NCBI GenBank assembly: GCA_964496425.1
Contig: CAZBZO010000001.1
Span: 7,265 to 71,264, forward strand
Origin: an uncultured Candidatus Saccharibacteria bacterium
GTDB taxonomy: Bacteria > Patescibacteriota > Minisyncoccia > Phycocordibacterales > UBA9973
DNA: 64,000 nt
Direction: 5' to 3'
Positions 1-9,968 of the stretch are shown one piece after another. Below the pieces are notes generated by a model, which made no database searches, was not told where the DNA came from, and was given only the letters and a program-made list of their open reading frames with translations. The position numbers and the translations under genes are program-made. Numbering within the stretch: position 1 is the stretch's first letter; every line of letters begins with the position of its first letter.

Positions 1-2039
1 CGATTGCGGGCCATAAATAGGGATTGTGCCTTGGCAATAACCTTCGTATCGCCATATGCTCCAGCACTTCCGAGTAAAAGCGATCGGAGCAATGCATGAG
101 AATGAGATTCATTGACTGTGGGCTTCCAGCCAATAAGTTTTACTGCCGGAGCAAAAATAGACCGAGCAAATGTACGCAGTGGCTCTTCGTAAGACGAGCC
201 GGCGTAGAGATTGTTGATTCGCCCCAGCCCTGAAACTGCCTCCACCCACACCATATACTCCGGCTCATTACTGTAACTTGGAAGCATGGAAAGTGGTACT
301 ACGGCAGAAATATCCCCTGCTTCAGAGAGCGCATAGAGATCGCGAATAATCCCAAAACGATCATCCGCCGGTAGCTGATTGTCTTTGATCGGCTGGCGCA
401 GCTGATCGAGCAATGAAGCGTCGTAGCGCACTCGATAGAGTCCAGTTTCATTGGTATTAAATTTCAACCAGCTCCCCGGTGTTCGCGGCACAATCATATT
501 TTTTTTCGTCATGAGAAATTGCTGCGCACTGCGGCGTGGACCAGTAAATGAAATAGGGATATTCCACAGAGTCGTATCGGTTACCTCTCTACGCGAAAGA
601 GGACTCGCAAAAAAACGCTCTTGGCTGAAATGGAGATGTGCGTCCTGTTCTCTGATGCGAACGATTGGATACCCTGGACGCTTGGTCCAGGTTGTCATCA
701 TTTTCTCCACCGGCTTGCCGGAAACTTTTTCGAACGCTTGCCACAGATGCACCGTGCCGGCATTTTTGTACATGTGTTTTTTTAAATAATACCGGAGACC
801 TTCTTTGAAATCATCTTTGCCTAAATAATTTGCAAGCATACGAATAACTGCAGAGCCTTTTGAATATGAAATCTCATCAAAAATTTCACCGATTTCGTTT
901 GGGTGGTGCACCTCGACTTCAATCGGATGCGTGTGTTTGAGCGCATCGAGCCGCAAGGCCGGGCCATGGTCGCCATAGAGAAAACGAGTCCAGATATTCC
1001 ATTTCGGGAAAATCCGATCTACGGCTAAATATTCAATATAGGAAGCAAAGCCTTCGTTCAGCCATAAATGTGTCCACCATTCCATGGTGACAAGATTGCC
1101 AAACCATTGGTGAGCAAGCTCATGTGCGACGACCAAAGCAACCCACTGTTTGGTTTGAGTAGAAGAGTGCTCAGGATCTACCAGTATGGCTGTTTCCCGA
1201 TATGTGACTGCTCCCCAGTTTTCCATCGCTCCAGAAGAAAAATCCGGCACTGCGATCATATCGAGCGTGTTGAGCGGATACGGAATATCAAAATAATCAT
1301 TATAAAACTCGAGGCATTTCACGGCACACGAGAGCGCAAACTCGGCTTGGTGTTTTTTGCCTGGCACCGTATAGACACGCACAATAACGCCGGTTTTCGT
1401 TTTCTTTTCTAAATATTCAAAATCTCCGACAATAAACGCCAAGAGGTACGTCGACATTTTCGGCGTCGGCGCAAAGGAAACAATATTGAAGCCGGAGGCA
1501 TGTTCTCGCACATCCGTCGGCAAGGTATTAGAGATTGCTACTTTGTCAGGTGGCACAATCAGACTGACTTGAAACACTGCCTTTTGTGCCGGCTCATCAA
1601 AACATGGAATACACCGCCTGGCATCGGTCGCTTCAAACTGTGTTGTGGCCATAAAACGCTCTTGGCCGTTTACCTCATAACGACTTTTATAAAAGCCACG
1701 CATATTGTCCCTCAGTATTCCAGCAAATGTGAGGTGAAGTTTGGCCTTACCTTTCGGCACTACCTGGTCGAAAAGAAAAGTAGCTGTTTCGCGCTTCGAA
1801 TCGTATGATATTTTTTTAGCAGTATGGCTTTGCGTACCAAAAGAAATTGTCGCACTCATGATTTTCAAATCTTTAGAATGGAGTGTAATTTCTCTTACTT
1901 GTTTTGCAAGCGTAATCATAATTGTTTCTTCACCTTTAAACGTATGCGCCAAAAGATCCGGTTCAAGAATGATTTGATAGTGGATCGGAATGACGACACT
2001 GCCCAGTCGGACATTTTGCTTATTCTTCTGTAATTTCAT
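1..2039 (-). CDS. pepN: Aminopeptidase N (M1 family zinc metallopeptidase), C-terminus runs off window start
   Basis: Manual translation of the minus strand from ATG at 2039 gives GAMENWG and VVAHELAHQWFGNLVTMEWW (HEXXH) motifs plus LWLNEGFASY. These are typical of M1 aminopeptidase N. The ORF is absent from the track because no stop lies inside the window. Confidence 0.88.
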   Translation of the reverse strand, partial: MKLQKNKQNVRLGSVVIPIHYQIILEPDLLAHTFKGEETIMITLAKQVREITLHSKDLKIMSATISFGTQSHTAKKISYDSKRETATFLFDQVVPKGKAKLHLTFAGILRDNMRGFYKSRYEVNGQERFMATTQFEATDARRCIPCFDEPAQKAVFQVSLIVPPDKVAISNTLPTDVREHASGFNIVSFAPTPKMSTYLLAFIVGDFEYLEKKTKTGVIVRVYTVPGKKHQAEFALSCAVKCLEFYNDYFDIPYPLNTLDMIAVPDFSSGAMENWGAVTYRETAILVDPEHSSTQTKQWVALVVAHELAHQWFGNLVTMEWWTHLWLNEGFASYIEYLAVDRIFPKWNIWTRFLYGDHGPALRLDALKHTHPIEVEVHHPNEIGEIFDEISYSKGSAVIRMLANYLGKDDFKEGLRYYLKKHMYKNAGTVHLWQAFEKVSGKPVEKMMTTWTKRPGYPIVRIREQDAHLHFSQERFFASPLSRREVTDTTLWNIPISFTGPRRSAQQFLMTKKNMIVPRTPGSWLKFNTNETGLYRVRYDASLLDQLRQPIKDNQLPADDRFGIIRDLYALSEAGDISAVVPLSMLPSYSNEPEYMVWVEAVSGLGRINNLYAGSSYEEPLRTFARSIFAPAVKLIGWKPTVNESHSHALLRSLLLGSAGAYGDTKVIAKAQSLFMARN

Positions 2040-2076
2040 ACTTCGGAGTATAGCATTTGATAATTTAATAGTAGTT

Positions 2077-2105
2077 TTGACGAACTATATTTAATATGGT
2101 ATATT
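2077..2105 (+). promoter_or_regulatory. Sigma70-like promoter (TTGACG-17-TATATT) upstream of 2120 ORF
   Basis: TTGACG at 2077-2082, a 17-nt spacer, then TATATT at 2100-2105. The ATG follows at 2120. Confidence 0.4.
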
Positions 2106-2119
2106 AAGAAAAAAATCTT

Positions 2120-2713
2120 ATGAAAACAACGGAAATCTCCTTGCAAGGAGCATACGACTGGAGCAAACTCACAATAGTCCCAGTCGTCGTATCTTTAATA
2201 ATTATTTACATATGGAGCATATTGGAGCCAGAAATTAAAAGTTTATACCACATAAATCGAGATGACCGTGGTGTATTTGAATGGATAATTGGAGCCCCCC
2301 TTAGCGTATTTTTTGGTTTCGGCGGTTATATTATAGGCCGTCTTATTAAAAGAAATGGGGATATGGAATTTGCTTATAACTCTGGCGAAAAGAAGAAATT
2401 TGTTTGCCTTCGAGATGTCAGGAATCGAAAAGCATTCCATGGTATTCAAGCAAGTCTCGCTTTTATTCTACTTTTTTTGGTTTTTATTTACCCATTTGAT
2501 AGTAAGATTTTCGGTATGACAATCGTTTTTCTAATCGCACTTATTATGGTCGCCGGGCTTGCATTTGCGATTGAACTTAATAATCCATTTACTGGAATTA
2601 TTAAAATAAATGTTCCGTCCAATTGGCAAGTAATAACATTGAAAGATGTTAACCGCGAAGAAGAAATTATAAAAAGCAATGGGCACCTTGTGCCCACCCC
2701 TTCTATTCACTAG
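2120..2713 (+). CDS. Hypothetical integral membrane protein (4 predicted TM helices)
   Basis: ORF of 197 aa with hydrophobic segments and no recognisable motif. Confidence 0.55.
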   Translation: MKTTEISLQGAYDWSKLTIVPVVVSLIIIYIWSILEPEIKSLYHINRDDRGVFEWIIGAPLSVFFGFGGYIIGRLIKRNGDMEFAYNSGEKKKFVCLRDVRNRKAFHGIQASLAFILLFLVFIYPFDSKIFGMTIVFLIALIMVAGLAFAIELNNPFTGIIKINVPSNWQVITLKDVNREEEIIKSNGHLVPTPSIH

Positions 2714-2724
2714 AAGGGGTATTT

Positions 2725-3096
2725 TTATTTAAGAATCGATCGTATTTTCTCAACGTCGCGTTCCATGGCAAGAATGAGAAGCTCGGGAGAACCAAACGTT
2801 TCAGGCGGACGAATAAATTTCACCATTTCAACTTCTACTTCTGTTCCCTCCCCAACATACACACGACCCGCATCGATTAAATACACTTCAAGCGTATGAT
2901 CGGTATCGCCAAAGGTGGGTATCGTACCATAGTAAAGTGCGCCCATAAAACGTTTCTTCTCCTCTGTAAGCCACACAGCGTAAATGCCTTCTGCGAGAGA
3001 TACAGGTATCTCATCTGGAATATAGAGATTGATAGTTGGGAACCCAAGACCTGCTCCCCGCCCTTTACCTTTAACGACGTGACTTTTAAATTTCAT
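2725..3096 (-). CDS. Riboflavin kinase (flavokinase) domain protein
   Basis: GKGRGAGLGFPTINL matches the RibF C-terminal flavokinase motif. The 123-aa product is a stand-alone domain. Confidence 0.75.
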   Translation of the reverse strand: MKFKSHVVKGKGRGAGLGFPTINLYIPDEIPVSLAEGIYAVWLTEEKKRFMGALYYGTIPTFGDTDHTLEVYLIDAGRVYVGEGTEVEVEMVKFIRPPETFGSPELLILAMERDVEKIRSILK

Positions 3097-3991
3097 GCTG
3101 TTGCTGCAGCCGAGTGATCTGATACATGCAAAAGACCAGAACTACCGCTGCAATAAATTGCGAAAGGACCATGGTGTGATGATAGAGAAATATATCGATA
3201 ACAACTGCTACAAAAGGAAACGTAAGCTCGAGGATAGTAGACACACGAACCGGTGTCTGCTTGAGGCCTTTATAGTAAATCAAAAGTGCAACCATGCCAG
3301 TCGAAAGTGCGATCACCAAGAAACGAGCAAATTCGGATAGTGTCACGCTTCCAAGCGTACCCAGTTTGCCCATGAAAATCACGAGGAAAAAAGCCGCGAT
3401 AGTAGTGATAAGAAAACGGATTGTTGTTGTGTAGATATGCGATTTGTCGACAAGTACCATTTTGGAAAATGTCGTCGAAGATCCCCACGCCGCTGCTGCA
3501 CCAAGCGCATATAGAGCGGCAATGACTGTACCCGCACCTGAAGATAGATTTACAAGACCATTTGGAAACGTCACAAAATATGCTGCGACAAGCGCCAAAG
3601 CTCCCCAGAGAATATATTTTGGAGTAATTTTTTCTTTAAGGAAAATAGCTGCAGTGGAAACGGCAAAAATCGGCTGGAGTTTTTGAAGAAGAAAAACCAC
3701 AGAGAACGAGATGAAATTAATTTTGAGAAGCGCAGTGGTAAAAAAGAGCGTGCCAACAAGTCCAGAAAGAAGCGATATCAGTATCACGAGAAACCATTGC
3801 TTTTTAGTCAATCGCTCTTTAAAAAGCATCTTCCAGGCAAATGGCAAAAGTACGGCAAAGCCAACCAAATGTTCAAAGAAAATAATCGTGATCGGCGGAA
3901 GATCATACAGACTCCGGCGAATCACCCCATCAAAGGCCCACAGGAGTGCAGCAATAATAATAAGGAGAGGCCCCGAGAATCTGAGTTTCAT
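3086..3991 (-). CDS. DMT/EamA family transporter
   Basis: 301 aa with about 10 TM helices. It has the duplicated EamA-like architecture. Confidence 0.7.
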   Translation of the reverse strand: MKLRFSGPLLIIIAALLWAFDGVIRRSLYDLPPITIIFFEHLVGFAVLLPFAWKMLFKERLTKKQWFLVILISLLSGLVGTLFFTTALLKINFISFSVVFLLQKLQPIFAVSTAAIFLKEKITPKYILWGALALVAAYFVTFPNGLVNLSSGAGTVIAALYALGAAAAWGSSTTFSKMVLVDKSHIYTTTIRFLITTIAAFFLVIFMGKLGTLGSVTLSEFARFLVIALSTGMVALLIYYKGLKQTPVRVSTILELTFPFVAVVIDIFLYHHTMVLSQFIAAVVLVFCMYQITRLQQQHEI

Positions 3992-4048
3992 ACCTTAGTT
4001 ATAGCATATTTTAGAGTATTAGGCTGATGAAATGATATACTATGTTCT

Positions 4049-4981
4049 ATGGAAATCGGGACCCTTATACTTACCATTTTAGGCCTCTGTCTTTTTGAAG
4101 TGGTCTCTTCGATCGACAACGCCGTCGTCAACGCCGAAGTACTTTCAACCATGTCCAAAAAGGCCCGGCGCTGGTTCTTGATCTGGGGACTCCTTTTCGC
4201 AGTCTTTTTAGTACGCGGTCTTTTGCCATGGCTGATCGTCTGGCTGGCCACCCCAGGCTTAGGACCGATCGGCGCATTTACTGCTACATTTTCAAGCAAT
4301 CCCCTTGTTCACGAAGCAGTGGGGCGTTCGGCTCCAATACTCTTAGCCGGCGGCGGCACTTTTCTTATATTTCTTTTCTTTCATTGGCTCTTCCTTGAAC
4401 CGAAAAAATTTGGCCTACCCACCGAGAAATTTTTCCACTCACAAGGCATTTGGTTTTACGCAGTTGTCTCTGTGCTCCTTGCCTACATCGTCTGGATGGC
4501 ACTTAAGATAAACCCGTTTATGGCCTTTGGCGCAGTCATCGGATCCACTGCATTCTTTATTACACATGGCTTCAAACAAAATGCTGAAGAGAGTGAGAAG
4601 AAACTTGTTTCTGGAAAATCCAATATGAGTGATGTTTCTAAAATAATGTATCTCGAAGTGATTGATGCGACATTTTCAATCGATGGCGTCTTGGGCGCAT
4701 TTGCTTTTACGCTCTCAGTACCGCTTATTCTCATCGGTAACGGCATTGGTGCTCTCGTGCTTCGCCAGCTCACGGTTGGCAACGTCGAACGTATTAAAAA
4801 ATATGCGTACCTAAAAAACGGCGCGATGTATTCTATATTTTTCTTGGGTATCATTATGCTCCTCGACGCTTTCGGTCTCCATATCCCACAATGGGTTTCC
4901 CCAGTCACAACCTTTGTTATCATTGGCTATTTCTTCCTCAAATCACACTACGAGCTCAAGACAAGTTTGACGTCTCTGTAA
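4049..4981 (+). CDS. TerC/DUF475-like integral membrane protein
   Basis: Repeated SIDNAVV and SIDGVLGAFA motifs resemble TerC/DUF475. There are multiple TM helices. Confidence 0.5.
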   Translation: MEIGTLILTILGLCLFEVVSSIDNAVVNAEVLSTMSKKARRWFLIWGLLFAVFLVRGLLPWLIVWLATPGLGPIGAFTATFSSNPLVHEAVGRSAPILLAGGGTFLIFLFFHWLFLEPKKFGLPTEKFFHSQGIWFYAVVSVLLAYIVWMALKINPFMAFGAVIGSTAFFITHGFKQNAEESEKKLVSGKSNMSDVSKIMYLEVIDATFSIDGVLGAFAFTLSVPLILIGNGIGALVLRQLTVGNVERIKKYAYLKNGAMYSIFFLGIIMLLDAFGLHIPQWVSPVTTFVIIGYFFLKSHYELKTSLTSL

Positions 4982-4984
4982 TAA

Positions 4985-5830
4985 TCAATTTATCGTATCT
5001 AAAATCTCCTCTTTCACCAGATCTGTATTGTATGTGGGGATCCGATGCCCAGCATCAGGAATTTCGACGACATCGACTACCGTGCCGGTAAAATGCGAAG
5101 TCACATAATCAATATTTGAAACTGCGCCGATCCTATCTTTATCACCTTGCATGATCGTAACTGGAATCATGAGGTTGGAAAGTGCTGGCTCGATCGTTCG
5201 CATTTGCTCGGGCAGTGGACGAAGCTCGAGCGCCGCCGTGCGTAGGGCTGGATTGATAAGCTCTCGCACAAGAGGGATCTCCGCGAGTATCTGGGAAATT
5301 CGCTTCCAATGATTCTCTTCCTCGCCTATTGGGTCCAAGGTCGGCGCCAGAAGTATAAGCGAGCCTACTTTGCCTTGATCACTGAGTGCCAACACTACCG
5401 CGATCGGTCCACCATACGAATGAGCGACAATGATCGGTTGCCCACTACCAACATCAAGGATTGGTAGAAGTGCACGAGCTTGGGCATAAATATCAGGTAA
5501 CACTTCCCCCGCAGTCGCACCATGTCCGGGCCGATCGACGGCGACAAGATAAAATTGTTCTATCAAGTCTTCGTCCATGAGAAAATGTATAAATGTATCC
5601 CATGAGCCCGGGCTACCGTGGATAAAAAGTACCATTGGTTTGGTGGGATCCCCGACTGATACATAGTGCACCCGATATCCTTCAGCATCGTAATAATGAT
5701 CACTGTACGAAACACCAGCGGAAGCGAACGTAGCGGAAATATCTTCGGCACTCATACCAAAATGTATAAGGCGCGTCGAAAGCGGAAGAAGTACTACGAG
5801 TGCGAGGAAAATAATGAGAAAACGTTTCAT
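4985..5830 (-). CDS. Secreted alpha/beta-fold hydrolase
   Basis: Has a signal peptide, an HGSPGS oxyanion region and an AHSYGG (GXSXG) nucleophile elbow. Confidence 0.75.
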   Translation of the reverse strand: MKRFLIIFLALVVLLPLSTRLIHFGMSAEDISATFASAGVSYSDHYYDAEGYRVHYVSVGDPTKPMVLFIHGSPGSWDTFIHFLMDEDLIEQFYLVAVDRPGHGATAGEVLPDIYAQARALLPILDVGSGQPIIVAHSYGGPIAVVLALSDQGKVGSLILLAPTLDPIGEEENHWKRISQILAEIPLVRELINPALRTAALELRPLPEQMRTIEPALSNLMIPVTIMQGDKDRIGAVSNIDYVTSHFTGTVVDVVEIPDAGHRIPTYNTDLVKEEILDTIN

Positions 5831-6525
5831 CGCTTCAAGTATAGCGTTCTTTCACGAGGAGAGAAATGTTCGATAGCGTAGCGAAGCGCCGTGCGCGGAA
5901 GTTTTGATCGATGTGAAGATAAAAATTTCACCAATGTTTTCCTGTCTCGCTTCCCCAATTCACGAAGCATCCAGCCCACGGCTTTGTGGATAAGGTCATG
6001 GGAATCATCGGCAAGTAGCAGAGAAATTTTGATCGTGTCGGCAAAATCGCCCTTCACAATAAAGGCGTGGGTCGCCACAATAGCGATCCGCCTGTCCCAG
6101 ATATTTTTTGAGCGCGCAAGCGTATATAAAATCTTCCTATCGCGTTTCAAAAGCCAGTCACCAAGAATATATCGAGCAGAAGAGTCCACCAAGTCCCAAT
6201 TGTTTACATACTTACGATTTTTTATATAAAATTTTATAATAGCCGCCTTTTCTTTCTCATTCCCCTTTTTGTATTGCTCTACAAGAATAATAAGTCCCGT
6301 CAGGCGATGTTCATGCACTTTACTTTGTAATAATTTTAAAATTTCCGGCAGCGGTAGATCTGCAAATTTTTTCGCGACCACCCTTTGCTCCGGCACCGTC
6401 ACGCCGATAAACACATCCCCCGCTCCATACTGCCCCTTGCCAGTCTTAAAAAACCACGCCGATGTTTTGGCTTTCTTGAATGAAGAAAACTTTTTTAATT
6501 CCTGAATAACATAAATTGATTTCAT
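5827..6525 (-). CDS. DNA alkylation repair enzyme (AlkD-like HEAT-repeat glycosylase family)
   Basis: Matches the DNA_alkylation family pattern (NNWDLVDSSA...ILGDWL; AIVATHAFI...KAVGWMLRE). Confidence 0.75.
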   Translation of the reverse strand: MKSIYVIQELKKFSSFKKAKTSAWFFKTGKGQYGAGDVFIGVTVPEQRVVAKKFADLPLPEILKLLQSKVHEHRLTGLIILVEQYKKGNEKEKAAIIKFYIKNRKYVNNWDLVDSSARYILGDWLLKRDRKILYTLARSKNIWDRRIAIVATHAFIVKGDFADTIKISLLLADDSHDLIHKAVGWMLRELGKRDRKTLVKFLSSHRSKLPRTALRYAIEHFSPRERTLYLKR

Positions 6526-6526
6526 A

Positions 6527-6554
6527 TTGTATAAAATACCATACTTGCTATACT
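6527..6554 (+). promoter_or_regulatory. Putative promoter TTGTAT-16-TATACT
   Basis: TTGTAT at 6527-6532 and TATACT at 6549-6554. It lies just upstream of the small ORF at 6571. Confidence 0.3.
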
Positions 6555-6570
6555 CTCAAAAAACTGACCT

Positions 6571-6720
6571 ATGAAAAAAGATAACAAGAAAGATGATTTT
6601 TTCTCTCCAACACCTGTCGAACCCAAAGGGCCTACCACCAGAGAAGCATTCGGAGTTGTAATTCTTATCTTATGCTGCACCCTTTTTGGGTTTTTATACT
6701 TTTACACAAACCAATAAACT
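6571..6720 (+). CDS. Small single-TM peptide (49 aa), not in ORF track
   Basis: Translates to MKKDNKKDDFFSPTPVEPKGPTTREAFGVVILILCCTLFGFLYFYTNQ. A second 39-aa TM peptide ORF follows at 6725-6844. Confidence 0.3.
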
Positions 6721-6891
6721 AACTATGGAACCACCTCGCAACCTCAAATCATTACTAAGGGAATACCATTCTCTTTTGTATGGCTTCAAATGGTTATCAT
6801 TAGCAACCATTTTAGGTTTTTTACTCGCATATTTAGAGTCATAGGACCCATGAAATTTCAGTGAAGTAGGAGCCATCAAACTCCTGCTTTT

Positions 6892-8082
6892 TTATTTTTC
6901 TTCCCTTTTCCTCGGCACGTAATACGTCTTCCCTTTCAGTTTTTCAGGCAACAAATCTTCTTTGGTGTATTTTTCATAGCCTTCACCGTAACCAATGTCT
7001 TTCATAAGCTTAGTCGGAGCGTTTCTGATCTTCATTGGCACAGGCAGATTACCATATTTTTTCACATCAGCTTGGGCAGCAATGATGGCATAGTACGCAC
7101 TTTTTTCTTTTGGAGCTTTAGAGAGGTATACGACGCCATGGGCGAGATTGATCGAGCACTCAGGATATCCGATCACTTCACAGGCTTTAAATACTTCATT
7201 CGCAACAACTAGCGCTGTCGGCTGAGCCATGCCAATATCTTCCGAGGCAAAGATGATCATACGGCGCGCGATATAGAGTGGATCTTGGCCAGCATCTATC
7301 ATCCGCGCCAGGTAGTAGAGCGCCGCATCAGGCTGCGAAGCGCGCATACTTTTTATAAAGGCTGAAATGGTGTTGTAATACTCTTCCCCCTTTTTATCAA
7401 ATCGTAGAAATTTATTTTGGAGAGTTTCTTTAAGTGTTTCAAGCGTGACTTTGCCGTAGAGACGCTCAGTGTTTTCTATCATCGTGATCACTTGTCGGGC
7501 GTCACCGTTCGCCATACCGATGAGCCACTCACGGGCATCTTTTTTGATTTTCACACCAGTGCGAGCAATGACTTTTTCCATTTCACTTTCTGATAGCTCA
7601 TGAAGAATGAACACCCGAAGGCGTGAAAGAAGTGCCGGGATAACTTCAAAACTTGGATTTTCAGTTGTGGCACCAACTAAAACGATCTCTCCTCGCTCGA
7701 CGTACGGCAGAAGAAAATCCTGCTGAGCTTTGTTGAAACGATGAATCTCGTCGAGAAAGAGGAGCTGTGTCGGCACGCCACCAAGCGGTGCTTGCTTGGT
7801 ATCACAGGAAGAAATATTTTCTTTTAAAATTTGTCGTATATCTTCCTTGCCGGCAGATACCGCCGAGAGCTCGGTAAATTCCAAATGAAGTGCATTGGCA
7901 TAGATCTTGGCAAGTGTGGTTTTACCAACACCAGGCGGACCCCAGAGAATAAAGGAAAACACATGACCTTCTTCGATAGCTTTACGGAGCGGCTTATCGG
8001 GCCCGACTAAATGCTCTTGCCCGACGAATTGGTCGAGGTTTTGTGGACGTATTTTTGAGGCGAGTGGTTCAATGGCAGGCAT
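6892..8082 (-). CDS. rarA: Replication-associated recombination protein A (AAA+ ATPase)
   Basis: Walker A motif GPPGVGKTT and [11 protein letters not shown]. The MgsA/RarA C-terminal region ([17 protein letters not shown]) is present. Confidence 0.92.
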   Translation of the reverse strand: MPAIEPLASKIRPQNLDQFVGQEHLVGPDKPLRKAIEEGHVFSFILWGPPGVGKTTLAKIYANALHLEFTELSAVSAGKEDIRQILKENISSCDTKQAPLGGVPTQLLFLDEIHRFNKAQQDFLLPYVERGEIVLVGATTENPSFEVIPALLSRLRVFILHELSESEMEKVIARTGVKIKKDAREWLIGMANGDARQVITMIENTERLYGKVTLETLKETLQNKFLRFDKKGEEYYNTISAFIKSMRASQPDAALYYLARMIDAGQDPLYIARRMIIFASEDIGMAQPTALVVANEVFKACEVIGYPECSINLAHGVVYLSKAPKEKSAYYAIIAAQADVKKYGNLPVPMKIRNAPTKLMKDIGYGEGYEKYTKEDLLPEKLKGKTYYVPRKREEK

Positions 8083-8116
8083 ACCTCTATTATACCTTGC
8101 CTGTCAAACCTCAAGG

Positions 8117-9289
8117 TTACACTCTCTTTTCCATTGCGCTTTTGATCCGCTTGATCGCTTCGTTGATATTCTCGATTGAGGTCGCATAGCTAAAGCGGAT
8201 GAAGCCTTCGCCTTCGGCACCAAATGCTGTGCCCGAAAGACACGCCACACCAGCAGTATTTAAAAGGAAGTCAGCGATTTCTTGTGAGCGCATGCCCGTG
8301 CCTTCGATATTTGGGAATACATAAAATGCGCCTTGCGGCCGCAAACAGCGAAACCCAGGAATACTATTCAACCCGTCGACGATCGCATCGCGACGACGCT
8401 TGAATTCAGCCACCATTCCCTCGACTGATTCTTGGGGACCAGTGAGAGCTTCGATGCCAGCCATTTGAGTAAATGATGATGTGCAGCTTGCGCAATTGGT
8501 CTGAAGTTTGGCGATGATGGTAGCAATATCTTTTGGCATGACGCCATAGCCAAGACGCCAACCGGTCATGGCAAATGTTTTAGAATAGCCATCGAGCATA
8601 ATCGTGCGCTCTTTCATACCAGGCACTTGAAGAAATGAGAAATGCTCAAAGCCATCGTAAACGATGCGCGAATATATTTCATCGGAGAATACGACAATGT
8701 CATGCTTAATCGCGAGCGCAGCGATAGCTTCAATGTCTTCTTTCGTCAGTATGCCACCCGTAGGATTGCCCGGCGTATTTACAATGAGCATTTTAGTCTT
8801 TGGTGTAATACGTGCCTCAAGATCGGCAATATCAAAACGGAATTCTTTGGACTCCTTGAGTGGAAGAGGAACGGCCTTTCCTCCGACAAAATTGATCATG
8901 GATTCGTATATTGGAAAACCAGGAGACGGATAGACCACTTCATCACCTTCATCCACCAGGGCCATGATGGCATAAAACATGATGGGCTTAGCACCAGGGG
9001 TAATAACTACTTCTTCAGGTGTACAAGAAAATCCGGGCCGGGTTTTCGTCACGTACTCCGCAATCGCTTGGCGAGCCGGTAAAAGTCCAGCCGATGGGCC
9101 ATAGTGAGTAAAGCCTTTGTCGAGGGCATCTTTGGCAGCTTCAACGATATTTTTTGGCGTATCAAAATCAGGCTCACCGATCTCAAGATGAACAATATTT
9201 TTACCTTGCGCTTCAAGGGCGCGGGCTTTGACCAAGACTTCGAATGCAGTTTCCGTCCCTAAGCGGGACATGCGATTGGCTAGATGCAT
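8117..9289 (-). CDS. PLP-dependent aminotransferase class I/II (aspartate aminotransferase-like)
   Basis: SKTFAMTGWRLGY carries the PLP lysine motif. NPTG and other family motifs are present. Confidence 0.9.
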   Translation of the reverse strand: MHLANRMSRLGTETAFEVLVKARALEAQGKNIVHLEIGEPDFDTPKNIVEAAKDALDKGFTHYGPSAGLLPARQAIAEYVTKTRPGFSCTPEEVVITPGAKPIMFYAIMALVDEGDEVVYPSPGFPIYESMINFVGGKAVPLPLKESKEFRFDIADLEARITPKTKMLIVNTPGNPTGGILTKEDIEAIAALAIKHDIVVFSDEIYSRIVYDGFEHFSFLQVPGMKERTIMLDGYSKTFAMTGWRLGYGVMPKDIATIIAKLQTNCASCTSSFTQMAGIEALTGPQESVEGMVAEFKRRRDAIVDGLNSIPGFRCLRPQGAFYVFPNIEGTGMRSQEIADFLLNTAGVACLSGTAFGAEGEGFIRFSYATSIENINEAIKRIKSAMEKRV

Positions 9290-9352
9290 AAATGAGTATT
9301 AAGTATTACGTATTATGTATGCGCGAATAATGCCGAGAGTATAACATATTTA

Positions 9353-9646
9353 TTATGAAGTTTTTTTAAGGTGGATTAATGAAATTTTTTCTTCACGTTT
9401 TAACCGTTTGATTTCTCCCTCTCGCTTGCGAGCTTCAGCGTACGTAGAAAATGTTTCAGAATGAACGAGCACAACTGGCCGACGGATTTTGGTGTAATGC
9501 GCTCCGCTCTTCGCAAAGTTATGTTCGGCAATCCGCTTCTCAAGATTGTTAGTGGAGCCAGTGTAGAGCGTGCCATCGGCGCAGCGGAGAATATAGACGA
9601 AAAACATATACCTTATAATATCACTTAAATTCAAACAGAATTTCAT
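9353..9646 (-). CDS. GIY-YIG nuclease superfamily protein (YhbQ-like)
   Basis: FFVYILRCADGTLYTGSTNNLEKRIAEH is the GIY-YIG core. The more likely start is the internal Met at 9607 (MFFVYIL). Confidence 0.8.
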   Translation of the reverse strand: MKFCLNLSDIIRYMFFVYILRCADGTLYTGSTNNLEKRIAEHNFAKSGAHYTKIRRPVVLVHSETFSTYAEARKREGEIKRLKREEKISLIHLKKTS

Positions 9647-9938
9647 TAAAGTTCTTTATCCGATCATTTTTATCAATTTCTATCCCCTCTTTTTTGTAGA
9701 GTGCGAGACGTTTCTTTCTGTATTGCCCACTGGCCCACACTCGTCCGTCGGCGTAGACGATGCGGTGAAACGGAATAGTGCGATTGCCGGCATCATATGC
9801 TTTACCTAAAATACTGGTAATACTTTGGCTCGCCATGGGTCCAGCGCCAGCCGCGCGTGCAATCCGGCCATAGGTCGTGACCCGACCTTGGGGAATAGAG
9901 AGCGCAATTTTCAAAACCCGTTCGCTAAAGGTTTGCAT
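9621..9938 (-). CDS. MGMT-family DNA-binding domain protein lacking the catalytic Cys (alkyltransferase-like, ATL)
   Basis: The motif reads PFHRIV where catalytic alkyltransferases have PCHRV. The helix-turn-helix region TYGRIARAAG is conserved. This matches ATL proteins such as E. coli YbaZ (PWHRVV). Confidence 0.7.
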   Translation of the reverse strand: MQTFSERVLKIALSIPQGRVTTYGRIARAAGAGPMASQSITSILGKAYDAGNRTIPFHRIVYADGRVWASGQYRKKRLALYKKEGIEIDKNDRIKNFNEILFEFK

Positions 9939-9968
9939 ATTATATTTCTGAAGTTAGTTTTTATATTT

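Noticed and set aside
451-2033. Plus-strand ORFs 451-789, 1068-1412, 1500-1808, 1741-1977, 1824-2033
   Set aside because: All are antisense to the M1 aminopeptidase gene (GAMEN/HEXXH found on the minus strand).
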